A DNA stretch of 64,000 nt from Phycisphaeraceae bacterium. Its GTDB lineage: Bacteria; Planctomycetota; Phycisphaerae; Phycisphaerales; UBA1924. Under the pieces are notes generated by a model. The model did no database searches. It was not told where the DNA came from and worked only from the letters and a program-made list of their open reading frames with translations. Below, in pieces: positions 35,933 to 44,852 of this stretch. The position numbers and the translations under genes were made by a program. The first letter of the stretch is position 1. Every line of letters begins with the position of its first letter. Where the stretch lies: contig JAHBXC010000001.1 in NCBI GenBank assembly GCA_019636675.1, positions 1,235,007 through 1,299,006 on the forward strand, read 5' to 3'.

Positions 35933-35967
35933 GAGACACGCGGCCGGTTTGCCGATAGTCTGCGGGC

Positions 35968-36906
35968 ATGAACCTGCTCGACGCGATCATTTTGGGCATT
36001 GTCGAAGGCATCACCGAGTATCTCCCGGTGTCCAGCACCGGGCACCTGATCCTCGCCAGCTCGCTGCTGGGCCTCGACGGAGAGGACCAGAAGGGCGCGA
36101 TCGATACGTTCAATGTCGTCATCCAGGGCGGCGCGATCCTCGCGGTGCTGAGTCTGTACAGGGCCCGCGTGAAGCAGATGATCCTGGGCCTGCTGGGAAA
36201 GGACGCGATCGGGCGTCGCCTCTTCTTCCACATCGTGATCGCGTTCCTGCCGGCCGCGATCCTCGGGGTGCTGCTGAACGACCTGATCGAGGCGAACCTC
36301 TTCTATCCCATCCCTGTGCTCGCGGCCCTGCTGCTGGGCGGCGTGTGGATGATCTGGCTGGGCAAGGGGCGTGCGCGCAAGGGCTCCGAAGAGCCTGCGC
36401 TGACGCTGGAGACCATGACCTGGAAGCACGCGCTGGGCATCGGGTGCTTCCAGGTCGTCGCGATGTGGCCCGGGACCTCGCGCTCCATGATGACCATCGC
36501 CGGCGGCACGGTGCTGGGGCTTCACCCGAAGCAGGCGGCGGAGTTCTCGTTCCTCCTCGGGCTTCCCACGCTGGGCGGGGCGTGCGTGTACTCGTTCCTG
36601 AAGGACTGGAAGCGTGCGCACGACACGGGCGAGGAGATGATGATCCAGACTCTGGGCGTCATGCCGGTGCTCGTGGGCGTCGCGGTCGCGACCGTGTCGG
36701 CGATGATCGCGGTGAAGTGGCTGGTTGGCTTCCTGAACAAGCACGGGCTGGCGGCGTTCGGCTGGTACCGGATCGCGCTGGTGGCCGTGCTCGGCACGCT
36801 CATCGCGACGGGCGTGGTGTCGATCAGCCCCGATGACGCGCCGATCCGTCCCGATCCCGTCCCGGCGGGCGGCGCGATCGAGGGCGTGCTCCCGGTGAAC
36901 GACTGA
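35968..36906 (+). CDS. uppP: Undecaprenyl-diphosphate phosphatase
   Basis: BacA/UppP motifs are present: GIVEGITEYLPVSSTGHLIL and GTSRSMMTIAGG. Confidence 0.93.
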   Translation: MNLLDAIILGIVEGITEYLPVSSTGHLILASSLLGLDGEDQKGAIDTFNVVIQGGAILAVLSLYRARVKQMILGLLGKDAIGRRLFFHIVIAFLPAAILGVLLNDLIEANLFYPIPVLAALLLGGVWMIWLGKGRARKGSEEPALTLETMTWKHALGIGCFQVVAMWPGTSRSMMTIAGGTVLGLHPKQAAEFSFLLGLPTLGGACVYSFLKDWKRAHDTGEEMMIQTLGVMPVLVGVAVATVSAMIAVKWLVGFLNKHGLAAFGWYRIALVAVLGTLIATGVVSISPDDAPIRPDPVPAGGAIEGVLPVND

Positions 36907-36928
36907 CAGGCGCGACGCGCCGGCTGCG

Positions 36929-37924
36929 TCAGATATCCATGACGACTTTGATCTGCTCGGGAGCGGCGGCGGCACGCAGCGCGTCGATGCCGTCGTCGAG
37001 CTTCATGCGCCGGGTGATGAGACTCGCGCCGTCGATATCGCCCTGCGCGAGGCGCTGGGCCGCCTCGGCGACGCTGCCCCCCTTGCTGCCGATGACCTCG
37101 ATCTCTCCCTCGACGATGCCCGAGAGGTCGATGGGCTCGCACGCGTCGCGCGGGGTGTTCCATCGCGACTTGAGCAGCACCTTGCCACGGGGCCGGACCA
37201 TGCGCAGCGCGTCGGCGAGCCCGTCGCGCGAGCCGGTGCACTCGACGATGATGTCCTGATCGGCGCGCCGGCCGACATCCCTGAGGAGACGGTGTTTCAC
37301 GCCCCACTTCTCGCACAGCGCGAGCTTGTGCTCGTGGAGACCGACGACGCGCACGCTCGCGTTCAGTTTGGCCATGACCTGCGCACAGAGCAGGCCGACG
37401 CGCCCGTCGCCCAGGACCGTGATGTAGGGCTTGCCCTCGATGCGGAGCTGCGCGGCGGTGTGCAGGGCGTCGGCGAGGGCGTTGGCGAGAACGGCGGCGT
37501 CATCGTCGACATTGCGGGGGACCTCGACGAGGTTCGCGACGGGGAGCGTGAACGCGTCGGCGAAGCAGCCGTCGAGGTTCTTCTCGCCCATGACGCGCGC
37601 GTCGCGGCAGTGGGCGCTGAGCCCTCGGGCGCAGAGGTCGCAGACGCCGCAGGGCACGCGAGGAGAGCCGACGACGCGTTTGCCCTTCCATTTCTTGGCC
37701 TGATCGGGGGTGAGGCCCTCGCCCGGTTCGACGCGTTCGACGATCGCGACGAACTCCTGGCCCAGGACGCCGCGAAAGGGAGAATCGGCGCGAGCGGCGG
37801 CGAGGTCGGCGATGCCGACGCCGACGCGCGTGGGTCGGAGGATGGCCCAGCCGGGCGCGAGGGCGGGCTCGGCGCAGGCGCGGTCGAGCGAGATGCCGGC
37901 GTCGTTGCGGCGCAGCGCGCGCAT
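36929..37924 (-). CDS. Medium-chain (zinc-type) alcohol/threonine dehydrogenase-family protein
   Basis: The start is ATG 37924 (MRALRRN...). The structural-zinc motif is CGVCDLCARGLSAHC (C-x2-C-x2-C-x7-C). The Rossmann segment is VLGDGRVGLL. Catalytic-site positions read G and Q (GQEF instead of GHE) in a by-eye alignment. Confidence 0.8.
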   Translation of the reverse strand: MRALRRNDAGISLDRACAEPALAPGWAILRPTRVGVGIADLAAARADSPFRGVLGQEFVAIVERVEPGEGLTPDQAKKWKGKRVVGSPRVPCGVCDLCARGLSAHCRDARVMGEKNLDGCFADAFTLPVANLVEVPRNVDDDAAVLANALADALHTAAQLRIEGKPYITVLGDGRVGLLCAQVMAKLNASVRVVGLHEHKLALCEKWGVKHRLLRDVGRRADQDIIVECTGSRDGLADALRMVRPRGKVLLKSRWNTPRDACEPIDLSGIVEGEIEVIGSKGGSVAEAAQRLAQGDIDGASLITRRMKLDDGIDALRAAAAPEQIKVVMDI

Positions 37925-38802
37925 CAGGTGGTGGATCCGTTGGCGGGAGCGGCGTCGGGCTGGCTGGCGGGGCGCGGCTGTTCGACGGGGGCGCCGGCCG
38001 GGCGCCCGGCGACCTCGTTGGGCGGGCTGCTCCAGGGGACGATGTACTCCCACCACTCGGAGTCGCGGTGGAAAATGGGGTACTCGTACACGCCGCGGTT
38101 GGCGAAGGGCTCGGCCGACGCGTTGTACCAGCGGATCCAGTCGCGTGTCTCGAGCCCGAAGTCCTCGCCGGTGAGGATGACGAGGGAACGATGGGCGGCC
38201 ATGTTCACCGAGAGGCGGCGGTCGTTGAGCGCGCTGAAAAGGGCCTGCACGACCCGGGGCTCAGCGTACTGGCCGAGCGCCACGACGACGGATTCACGGA
38301 CTTGCACGCTGATCTCGCGCTCGGGGGCGACGCGTTCGAGGAGTGCGCCGACCGCCTGGGGGGCGTAGACGCGCTGGAGGGCGCGGGCGCCCTCCCAGCG
38401 GACCAGCTCGGAATCGTCGGCGAGGAGCCCGACGAGGATCTGCGTGTGCTGGGGGCCTCCGTGACGCCCGAGGGCGCGGGCGGCCATGGCGCGCACGCCG
38501 GAGTCTCCGTCGGCGGCGGCCTGCTCGTACATGCGCACATAGAGCGAATCGCTCCCGAACCCGGAGTTGGAGATCAGGAGCAGGCCCCGGTATCGCTTGT
38601 CGGCATCGAACGGGTCGGCGGCCCAGGCGATCGCCTGCTGGGGCGAGGGTGGCTGGAAGAACTCGAGGACGCTGTCGCCCGTCCCGCCCTTCGCGCGCGC
38701 GTCGTCGAGCCATTCGCAGCCGGCGAGGAGGAGCGGCGCAGCGCAGAGCGCGGCGGCGGCTCGCAGGCGTCGTCGGGCGTGCTGGTCGGGGCGGGTCATC
38801 AC
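37924..38802 (-). CDS. HEAT-repeat lipoprotein
   Basis: The lipobox is LLLAGC. HEAT/PBS-type repeats are present (GVRAMAARALGRHG, SELVRWEGARALQRV, VQVRESVVVALGQY, RLSVNMAAHRSL). Its stop overlaps the downstream dehydrogenase start by 1 nt. Confidence 0.75.
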   Translation of the reverse strand: MMTRPDQHARRRLRAAAALCAAPLLLAGCEWLDDARAKGGTGDSVLEFFQPPSPQQAIAWAADPFDADKRYRGLLLISNSGFGSDSLYVRMYEQAAADGDSGVRAMAARALGRHGGPQHTQILVGLLADDSELVRWEGARALQRVYAPQAVGALLERVAPEREISVQVRESVVVALGQYAEPRVVQALFSALNDRRLSVNMAAHRSLVILTGEDFGLETRDWIRWYNASAEPFANRGVYEYPIFHRDSEWWEYIVPWSSPPNEVAGRPAGAPVEQPRPASQPDAAPANGSTT

Positions 38803-38869
38803 CGGCGAGTATATCGACGCGACGCGTCCTGCCTCCCCAGCGAGCGGCGCGTGGGCGTAGAGTGCGATT

Positions 38870-39613
38870 GTGCGTCACACCCCCCCTGGCCTGATCCTCG
38901 CGGCGGCGATCTGCCTCGCCGGCTGTGCGCGCGGACCCAGCCCGATGGTGTGTGTCCGCCCTGTCGGCACGGTCGGCTCGGCGCTCGCGCCGATCAGCCT
39001 CCCGGCGGCCTATCCCCTCGACGCCCCGGAGCGCACCTATCGCGTCGATCAAGGCCCGGACGCCGGGAAGACGCTCAGGAGGGAGTTCATCCGGCGCGAC
39101 GACGGCCTGACCGAACTGCGCGAGACGCTTGCGGAGAGCGGGGAGACCGTCGCGATCGTCGTGTTGTCCATCGACGACCGGGGCGGCGTGGTGGTGCACG
39201 AGACGGGTCGCCCCCGGCGCGACCTGCTGACGCGGTTCGACCCTCCCATGCTGTTCGCGCCCTCGTCGCTGGCGCCCGGCGAGACCACCACCCAGACGCT
39301 GCGCGTGACGACGCACCCGATGAGCGATCCGTCGCGCGTGCGCGACCGGGGCGAGGGGACGCTCGAGCTGACCCGCGAGGAGGACCGCGTGGAGATCGGG
39401 CGCGAGAGCGCGCCGTTCGCGACGGTCACCTCGACGCTGCGCCTGCGGCTTGGTGTCGCGTCGATCGAGAGCGTATCTGTCTATTCGCTGGCCTTGCCCG
39501 GGACTTCGGACGCGGGTGGGCCGGCGCGCGCCGGGCTGCTCGCTCGGTCGTCGGCCAGGACGGTGCGGGTGTTCGGCATCGTCGCCGAGCGCGAGGAAGA
39601 ATCGATCCGTTGA
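38870..39613 (+). CDS. Hypothetical lipoprotein
   Basis: It has a GTG start. The lipobox is LILAAAICLAGC. I recognise no family. Confidence 0.6.
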   Translation: MRHTPPGLILAAAICLAGCARGPSPMVCVRPVGTVGSALAPISLPAAYPLDAPERTYRVDQGPDAGKTLRREFIRRDDGLTELRETLAESGETVAIVVLSIDDRGGVVVHETGRPRRDLLTRFDPPMLFAPSSLAPGETTTQTLRVTTHPMSDPSRVRDRGEGTLELTREEDRVEIGRESAPFATVTSTLRLRLGVASIESVSVYSLALPGTSDAGGPARAGLLARSSARTVRVFGIVAEREEESIR

Positions 39614-39673
39614 CGGGATTCCTCGCCCGGCGGCCGGCGGTTCGCCGATGATGACGGACTGCCGGCGCACGGA

Positions 39674-40201
39674 GTGCGCGCCGAGACGACCATGCCCCAC
39701 GACGACGATCATCTGCGAGACGCCCCGCCGCTGTTCCGGCTCGACGCCGGGTGGCTGTTCCTCGCCGCCGGTATGGCGCTGCTGGCGGCGACGGTGCTGA
39801 TCCCGGCGCACGACGACCTGCAGCGCGCCGAACTCGTGCTGGCGCGTGCGCAGGCGGAGCGCGCGCATTCGGCGGCGCGTCTGGCGAACTACGGCGAGTA
39901 CCTCGACGCGCTGGACCGCGCTGACCGGGAGCTGGTGGTTGAACTGGCGGCGACGCACCTGAACCTGATCCCGCAGGGTCGGACGCCGGTCCCGGGGATG
40001 GGGCGTCGCCCAACGGATCTGATCGATACCTTCGCGGCACTCGAGCCGGCCCCCCCGGGGCAGTTCGTGCGTCACCCGCCCGAGTCGGTGCTGTATTCGT
40101 GGTCGACCGATAATCGACGCCGGCTCTGGCTGCTCGCGGGCGGGTCGCTGCTCACGCTGATCGGGTTGCTGCCAGCGGGTGCGGGGCGACGGAGCGGTTG
40201 A
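39674..40201 (+). CDS. Hypothetical membrane protein (2 predicted TM helices)
   Basis: The hydrophobic segments are WLFLAAGMALLAATVLI and LWLLAGGSLLTLIGLL. An alternative start is ATG 39692. I recognise no family. Confidence 0.55.
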   Translation: MRAETTMPHDDDHLRDAPPLFRLDAGWLFLAAGMALLAATVLIPAHDDLQRAELVLARAQAERAHSAARLANYGEYLDALDRADRELVVELAATHLNLIPQGRTPVPGMGRRPTDLIDTFAALEPAPPGQFVRHPPESVLYSWSTDNRRRLWLLAGGSLLTLIGLLPAGAGRRSG

Positions 40202-40204
40202 GCG

Positions 40205-40960
40205 TCAGAAGCGAAGGCGGATCGCGGCGAACGCGGCGTCGCGCAGTTCCTCGGCCGCGTCGGTCGGGGCGGAGTTCCTGCTCTCGAGGGTGCGGTATCC
40301 CAGCGAGAAGCTCATGCCCCTGCTGAGGTCGACGCCGAGCTCCGCGATGACTTCGGCGAGCGTGCCGCCGCGGTCGTCGACGTTGACGAGGGTGGACCCT
40401 CCGAGCCAGAAATCGCGCCGGGGGCGCCACTCGAGCCCGACGCCTGCGACGGGGGCCCACTGCAGCTCGCCCGCGCCGTTGGCGGGCGCGAGGTCGGTCT
40501 GGGTTCCGCCGGCCACGGTGCGCACGCCGCCGCGGAGCACGAGATTGACATCGCCGACGGTCGCGGCGTCGAAGCGCAGCGCCGCGTCGTAGAGGCGCTG
40601 GGTGTCGTCGATGAGCCCTGCTTCGGCGCGCTGCGTGGCGGTCATGCCGTCGGCGGCGATGCCGACGTCGATGGGTCGCAGCGCGGCCTGCCCGAACTCG
40701 AGTCGCAGGGTGGGGTCGACGCCGAGCTCGTCGAGCGAGAGCAGGTTGCTGCTTCGGCCGTAGATGTCGGCTGATCCGCTGACGGGGCGATACGCGCGTG
40801 CGCCGTTCGGCGACGCGCCGTTGAGGTACTCCTCGACAGACAGGCGGATGGGCCTTGACGATGGCGCGTCGGTGGACGACTGCGCGCCGAGTGCTCCCGT
40901 CGAGAGCGCGACGCTCGTCAGTGCTGCTGTCAGGATGGTCAGGGAACCCGCGGTCATCAT
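40205..40960 (-). CDS. Probable outer-membrane beta-barrel protein
   Basis: The signal peptide is MMTAGSLTILTAALTSVALSTGALGAQ. Strands show an alternating hydrophobic pattern. The C-terminal aromatic residue (...AAIRLRF) is typical of OMPs. Confidence 0.55.
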   Translation of the reverse strand: MMTAGSLTILTAALTSVALSTGALGAQSSTDAPSSRPIRLSVEEYLNGASPNGARAYRPVSGSADIYGRSSNLLSLDELGVDPTLRLEFGQAALRPIDVGIAADGMTATQRAEAGLIDDTQRLYDAALRFDAATVGDVNLVLRGGVRTVAGGTQTDLAPANGAGELQWAPVAGVGLEWRPRRDFWLGGSTLVNVDDRGGTLAEVIAELGVDLSRGMSFSLGYRTLESRNSAPTDAAEELRDAAFAAIRLRF

Positions 40961-41037
40961 GGGATGCTATCGGTTGGATGCGACCGACGCGATAAGGGTT
41001 CGTGAGAACCGGGGGTAATCGCCAAGTTTGTTTGTGC

Positions 41038-42108
41038 TCACCCTACATGAGGAACGCGCCGGGCGAGTCTCGCTCCGGCACGATAGATGGCGTGGAAGAC
41101 GAGGTTTGCGCCGAGCACCCCGGCGATCGCGATCGCGACGAGGGAGACGCCGGCGCGCACATTGAAGAGAGTCCAGACGAACTGGCCTATGCAGAGCACG
41201 GAAACGACGAGCAGGGTTGGCATGCGTCCGATGCGGCTGACGATGAAGACGCCAAGCGGGGCGCCCAGGATCACGATGGGGGCGGCGGCGAGCCAGTTCT
41301 TCCAGACTTCCGGCTCGACGACGCCGAGCGCGAGGTTGCTGGCGAGTCCGATGAGCGATGTCCACGCCATGATGATGACGCTGGTGGGGATCGCGATGCG
41401 CAGGTCGCATCGCAGGTAGAGCACGAGCATGGTGAAGATCAGCATGTCGATGCCGATGCCGGTGAGCGACGCGATGAAGGCGCCGCCGAAGAGACCGATG
41501 AAGAGCCCGAGTCGTCGGCGCGTTGGCGCGTCGGTGCTGGTGAGCCCCTGGTAGCCCACGAACTCTCGCACCTTGACGAGGGTCATGACGCCGAAGCTCG
41601 CCCAGATGATCGCGAAGAGGACCTTCACGAAGGTGTCGTTGGCGTGTGGCGCGACGAACGCGGCGCCGAGGGGCGTGCCGACGAGCGATCCGACCATCGC
41701 CCACTTGAGCACGCCCCAGGCGAAGGGCTTGCGCGTGGTGATGATGAAGATCGTGGCGCTGACCATGCCGACGGACTGCACCGCGAAGCTGAAGTTGCGA
41801 CCGATGCTGGCTGGCAGGTCGAAGAGCAGCACGAGGATGGGGAAACCCACCGTGCCGCCGCCCATGGGTGTGGAGCCGGCGACATACGAGCCCAGCGCCA
41901 TCGCGACGGCGATGGGCCAGTGGCCGGCGACGGTGCGCAGGTGCCCCCCTGCGAGCACGACCGTGAGCCATGCGGCGTAGAAGCACGCGAGCCAGACGAG
42001 CCAGGGCTTGGGCCAGACCGATCTCGCGGCGTTTCCCGGCGCGTTGGCGCGGGTGCTCACCCTTCGCTGGGACATCAACGCTCCTTCAGCAAACCCACTG
42101 CGAACCAC
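41038..42108 (-). CDS. TauE/SafE (DUF81) family anion exporter/permease
   Basis: It is a polytopic protein with two-fold internal repeats and the motif GSYVAGSTPMGGGTVGFPILVLLF. An alternative start is at 42075 (MSQRR...). Confidence 0.7.
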   Translation of the reverse strand: MVRSGFAEGALMSQRRVSTRANAPGNAARSVWPKPWLVWLACFYAAWLTVVLAGGHLRTVAGHWPIAVAMALGSYVAGSTPMGGGTVGFPILVLLFDLPASIGRNFSFAVQSVGMVSATIFIITTRKPFAWGVLKWAMVGSLVGTPLGAAFVAPHANDTFVKVLFAIIWASFGVMTLVKVREFVGYQGLTSTDAPTRRRLGLFIGLFGGAFIASLTGIGIDMLIFTMLVLYLRCDLRIAIPTSVIIMAWTSLIGLASNLALGVVEPEVWKNWLAAAPIVILGAPLGVFIVSRIGRMPTLLVVSVLCIGQFVWTLFNVRAGVSLVAIAIAGVLGANLVFHAIYRAGARLARRVPHVG

Positions 42109-42274
42109 GCCGGAGGGCTGTAGAAGGTATCTCGTCGCGGATGGAAGTCGAGAAACCGGGGATATTCCCGGGAGGGCCGGGATCCGCTAAGATCCGGAGT
42201 CCCCGCTGGCCAGGGAGGGTGGCCGCAGGGTGGAGTTTCGTTCACGCTCCGATCAACCAAGGAGAGGAAACACG

Positions 42275-42946
42275 ATGTCGTTCAAGATCACCACGGCCGC
42301 CGCGGGCGCGTTGCTCGCGCTGGCGTCGCACGGCGCGCTCGCGACGGGCGTTCAGTACGCGTACGACGACGGGATGGGCAACACGAACCAGGGCCCGCCC
42401 TCGTCGTTCAATCCGGACATGCTCTGGGGCAATTACTTCATGACCCAGCCGGGCGGCGAGGTCATCACGCAGATCTCCGTCGCGTTCGGGCCGACCTTCC
42501 CCTCGCTGGCGAACGGGCCGGTCACCTTCTGGCTGCTCAACGACCCCGACGACGACTTCGACCCGACCAACGCGCAGGTGCTGACCAGCGTGCAGGCCAC
42601 GCCCGATGTGTTCAACAACAACTTCTTCACCGTCGACATCAACCCGACGACGGTGAGCGGCGGGTTCTTCGTGGGCGCCAGCGCGCAGCTTCTGGGCGGG
42701 CAGGACCGCCCGGCGCGCGTCGACACGAACTCGTCGGGCGAGAACTCCTGGTTCTTCTACGCGCCGTCGATCGCCGACACGATCAATGACCTCGCCTCGG
42801 CGCCCTTCTTCACGCGCAACAACAACACGCAGTTCGTCGTGCTGCCCGGCGCCTTCATGGTGCGCGCCAACGCGATCCCCACCCCCGGCGCGCTCGCCCT
42901 GTGCGGCGTGGCTGTCGGCGTGATGGGCGTCCGGCGCAGGCGCTGA
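42275..42946 (+). CDS. PEP-CTERM-anchored secreted protein (B)
   Basis: The SD AAGGAGAGG precedes ATG 42275. The signal is MSFKITTAAAGALLALASHGALA. The tail is IPTPGALALCGVAVGVMGVRRRR. Confidence 0.85.
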   Translation: MSFKITTAAAGALLALASHGALATGVQYAYDDGMGNTNQGPPSSFNPDMLWGNYFMTQPGGEVITQISVAFGPTFPSLANGPVTFWLLNDPDDDFDPTNAQVLTSVQATPDVFNNNFFTVDINPTTVSGGFFVGASAQLLGGQDRPARVDTNSSGENSWFFYAPSIADTINDLASAPFFTRNNNTQFVVLPGAFMVRANAIPTPGALALCGVAVGVMGVRRRR

Positions 42947-43002
42947 TTCTCCAGCACACCGCGCCCTGAGGCGCGGAATTTCTCAGCACAGCCACAGCCC
43001 CG

Positions 43003-43037
43003 AAAAACCGCGTTTTTGACGCGGTTTTTCTCGTTTT
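43003..43037 (+). terminator. Rho-independent terminator (bidirectional-looking)
   Basis: The stem is aaaaaccgcg / cgcggttttt, with loop tttttga. It is followed by ctcgtttt. Confidence 0.8.
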
Positions 43038-43144
43038 CCGGCTTGAGTCCCGGAACCGGATGTGGCATTCTTCGGAATCAGATCGCGGCGACCGGCGCGG
43101 CGGCAAGGGCCGACGACCGGCGCCTCACCAAGGGAGAGACACGA

Positions 43145-43882
43145 ATGCGTCACCTGAACACACTGAGCGTGCTCGTCGCGGCGTCGATCGCGACCGCGGC
43201 GGGAGCGGGCAACATCCTCGTCAGCGAAGACTTCGAGACCGGGACCGGGGGCTGGCAGCTCCAGGGCCATGAGATGCTCTTCCCCGGGGGCAACCCGGGC
43301 AACTACCTCGGCATCCCGCTGATCGATTCGTTCGGCATCACCTTCGGCACGAGCGACGCGTCCTCGCCGCTGATCGGCGATCTGACCGGCTATGCCGGGC
43401 TCGAGATCTCGTTCGACATGCGCACCTTCCAGTTCCGTAACTTCGCCGGCGAGCCGATCGACCCGGCGTCGCGCCCGCTCGTGCTGCAGTTCATCGACCG
43501 CGGCGACCCGGACGACTTCCTCGACGATGTGTCGGTCTACATCGTCGGGCAGCACATCCCCTACGAGAAGGACGGCTGGTCGCGCATCACCTTCAGCGTG
43601 CCCACCACCACGGGCGACCTGCTGCCCGCCGGCTGGGGCGGGACGGGCGACGAGGACCCGGACACCTTCGAGCCGATCCTGCCCTCGAACCGCACCTTCG
43701 AGAGCGTGATGGCGAACGTGGACGAGGTGATGATCTCGACCTTTGTTCCCGGGTTCTTCTACGGGTTCGCGTTCTGGGAGGTCGGCGTCGACAACCTCCT
43801 GGTGCGAGAGATCCCTGCGCCCGGCGCCGCCGCGGTCCTGGGCATCGCTGGCGTGGGCATGCTGCGCCGTCGTCGCGCCTGA
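43145..43882 (+). CDS. PEP-CTERM-anchored secreted protein (C)
   Basis: The SD GGGAGAG precedes ATG 43145. The signal is MRHLNTLSVLVAASIATAAGAG. The tail is EIPAPGAAAVLGIAGVGMLRRRRA. Confidence 0.85.
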   Translation: MRHLNTLSVLVAASIATAAGAGNILVSEDFETGTGGWQLQGHEMLFPGGNPGNYLGIPLIDSFGITFGTSDASSPLIGDLTGYAGLEISFDMRTFQFRNFAGEPIDPASRPLVLQFIDRGDPDDFLDDVSVYIVGQHIPYEKDGWSRITFSVPTTTGDLLPAGWGGTGDEDPDTFEPILPSNRTFESVMANVDEVMISTFVPGFFYGFAFWEVGVDNLLVREIPAPGAAAVLGIAGVGMLRRRRA

Positions 43883-43940
43883 CCGCACCGAACCGAGTCT
43901 CCGCATCGGAGGGTCATCACACCTCCGCGATTCCTCCAGC

Positions 43941-43968
43941 GGGGGCGTTCCGGGAACGGGACGCCCCC
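43941..43968. terminator. GC-rich hairpin between convergent genes (possible terminator)
   Basis: It has an 8-bp stem gggggcgt / acgccccc with a 12-nt loop. Only a weak T-rich tail follows. Confidence 0.4.
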
Positions 43969-43987
43969 GTCTTGCCCCCTCGGGACT

Positions 43988-44458
43988 TCAGGAAAACGGC
44001 TCGCTCTTGGCCATCGCTTCGACGTGGCGTCGGGCGTCCTCCATATCCTGCGCGACGCACTTGATGAGCGTCTTCTTCATCAGCGGCATGGTGATCGCGC
44101 TCAACGCCTTCGCGAGGAAGGAGACCGGCTGCCCGGTGAACTCGAAGGTGACGGTGGTCCCGATCCCCTCGGGCGCGAAGTGGAAGGCGGAGGTGTAGCG
44201 GGCGCCGTGGGACGCGGCGGTGAGGGTGACCCGGCGCGGCGGCTCGAACTCGGCGATGGTCATCTCTTCGGTCGCCTCGCGCCCCATCATGACGCGGGTC
44301 TCACGGAAGCGCGTGCCGACGCCCACCGGGGGCGGGGTCAGCATCTCGACCCGGCGGATCGCGCTGATATACGACGCGGCGTTGGGGAAGTCGGTGAACA
44401 CCTCGAAGACGCGCTCGATGGGAGCGTCGACGTGCGATGAGACGGTGATTCCGTACAT
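43988..44458 (-). CDS. SRPBCC-superfamily (polyketide cyclase/START-like) protein
   Basis: The pattern is typical: ITVSSHVDAPIERVFEVFTDFPNAASYISAI...F.E....G...T.E..I.EFEPP.R. The size, ~156 aa, also fits. Confidence 0.7.
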   Translation of the reverse strand: MYGITVSSHVDAPIERVFEVFTDFPNAASYISAIRRVEMLTPPPVGVGTRFRETRVMMGREATEEMTIAEFEPPRRVTLTAASHGARYTSAFHFAPEGIGTTVTFEFTGQPVSFLAKALSAITMPLMKKTLIKCVAQDMEDARRHVEAMAKSEPFS

Positions 44459-44496
44459 GCGCGGCCTCCTGTCGCGGGCAGTCTACCGCAGAATCC

Positions 44497-44814
44497 TTAT
44501 GAACGCAGCGAGAGGGCGAGGACGGCGAGCCACGCCAGCGCGTGCAGGCACACGATCGCGCGTGCGGTCCAGACGAATCGGCGTTTGGCGCGGGCGTCGG
44601 TCTTGTGGCGCAGCGCCCGGCGGGCGAGCAGGCCCCCGGGCCACCCCCCCGCCAGGTCGGCGGCGTGCAGGGTTCGCTCTGGGATCCGCGATCGCGCGCG
44701 CCGAACGCCCGACGCGTTGCGGACGGCGCGACGCTTATCGATCGCGTAGAGCGCCGCGGACACGACGCTCGCCAGGGCGTACCAGGCGGCCACGATGATC
44801 GTCCAGTGAGGCAC
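44497..44814 (-). CDS. DUF1294 family small membrane protein
   Basis: The DUF1294 signature is YAIDKRRA...RIPERTLHAADLAGGWPGGLLARRALRHKT.K..F. GTG 44814 avoids the overlap with the divergent CDF gene. The track ORF extends to ATG 44877. Confidence 0.7.
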   Translation of the reverse strand: MPHWTIIVAAWYALASVVSAALYAIDKRRAVRNASGVRRARSRIPERTLHAADLAGGWPGGLLARRALRHKTDARAKRRFVWTARAIVCLHALAWLAVLALSLRS

Positions 44815-44852
44815 GGGCGGAGCGTACCACGCACGGGCGGTAGGATGGGGCG

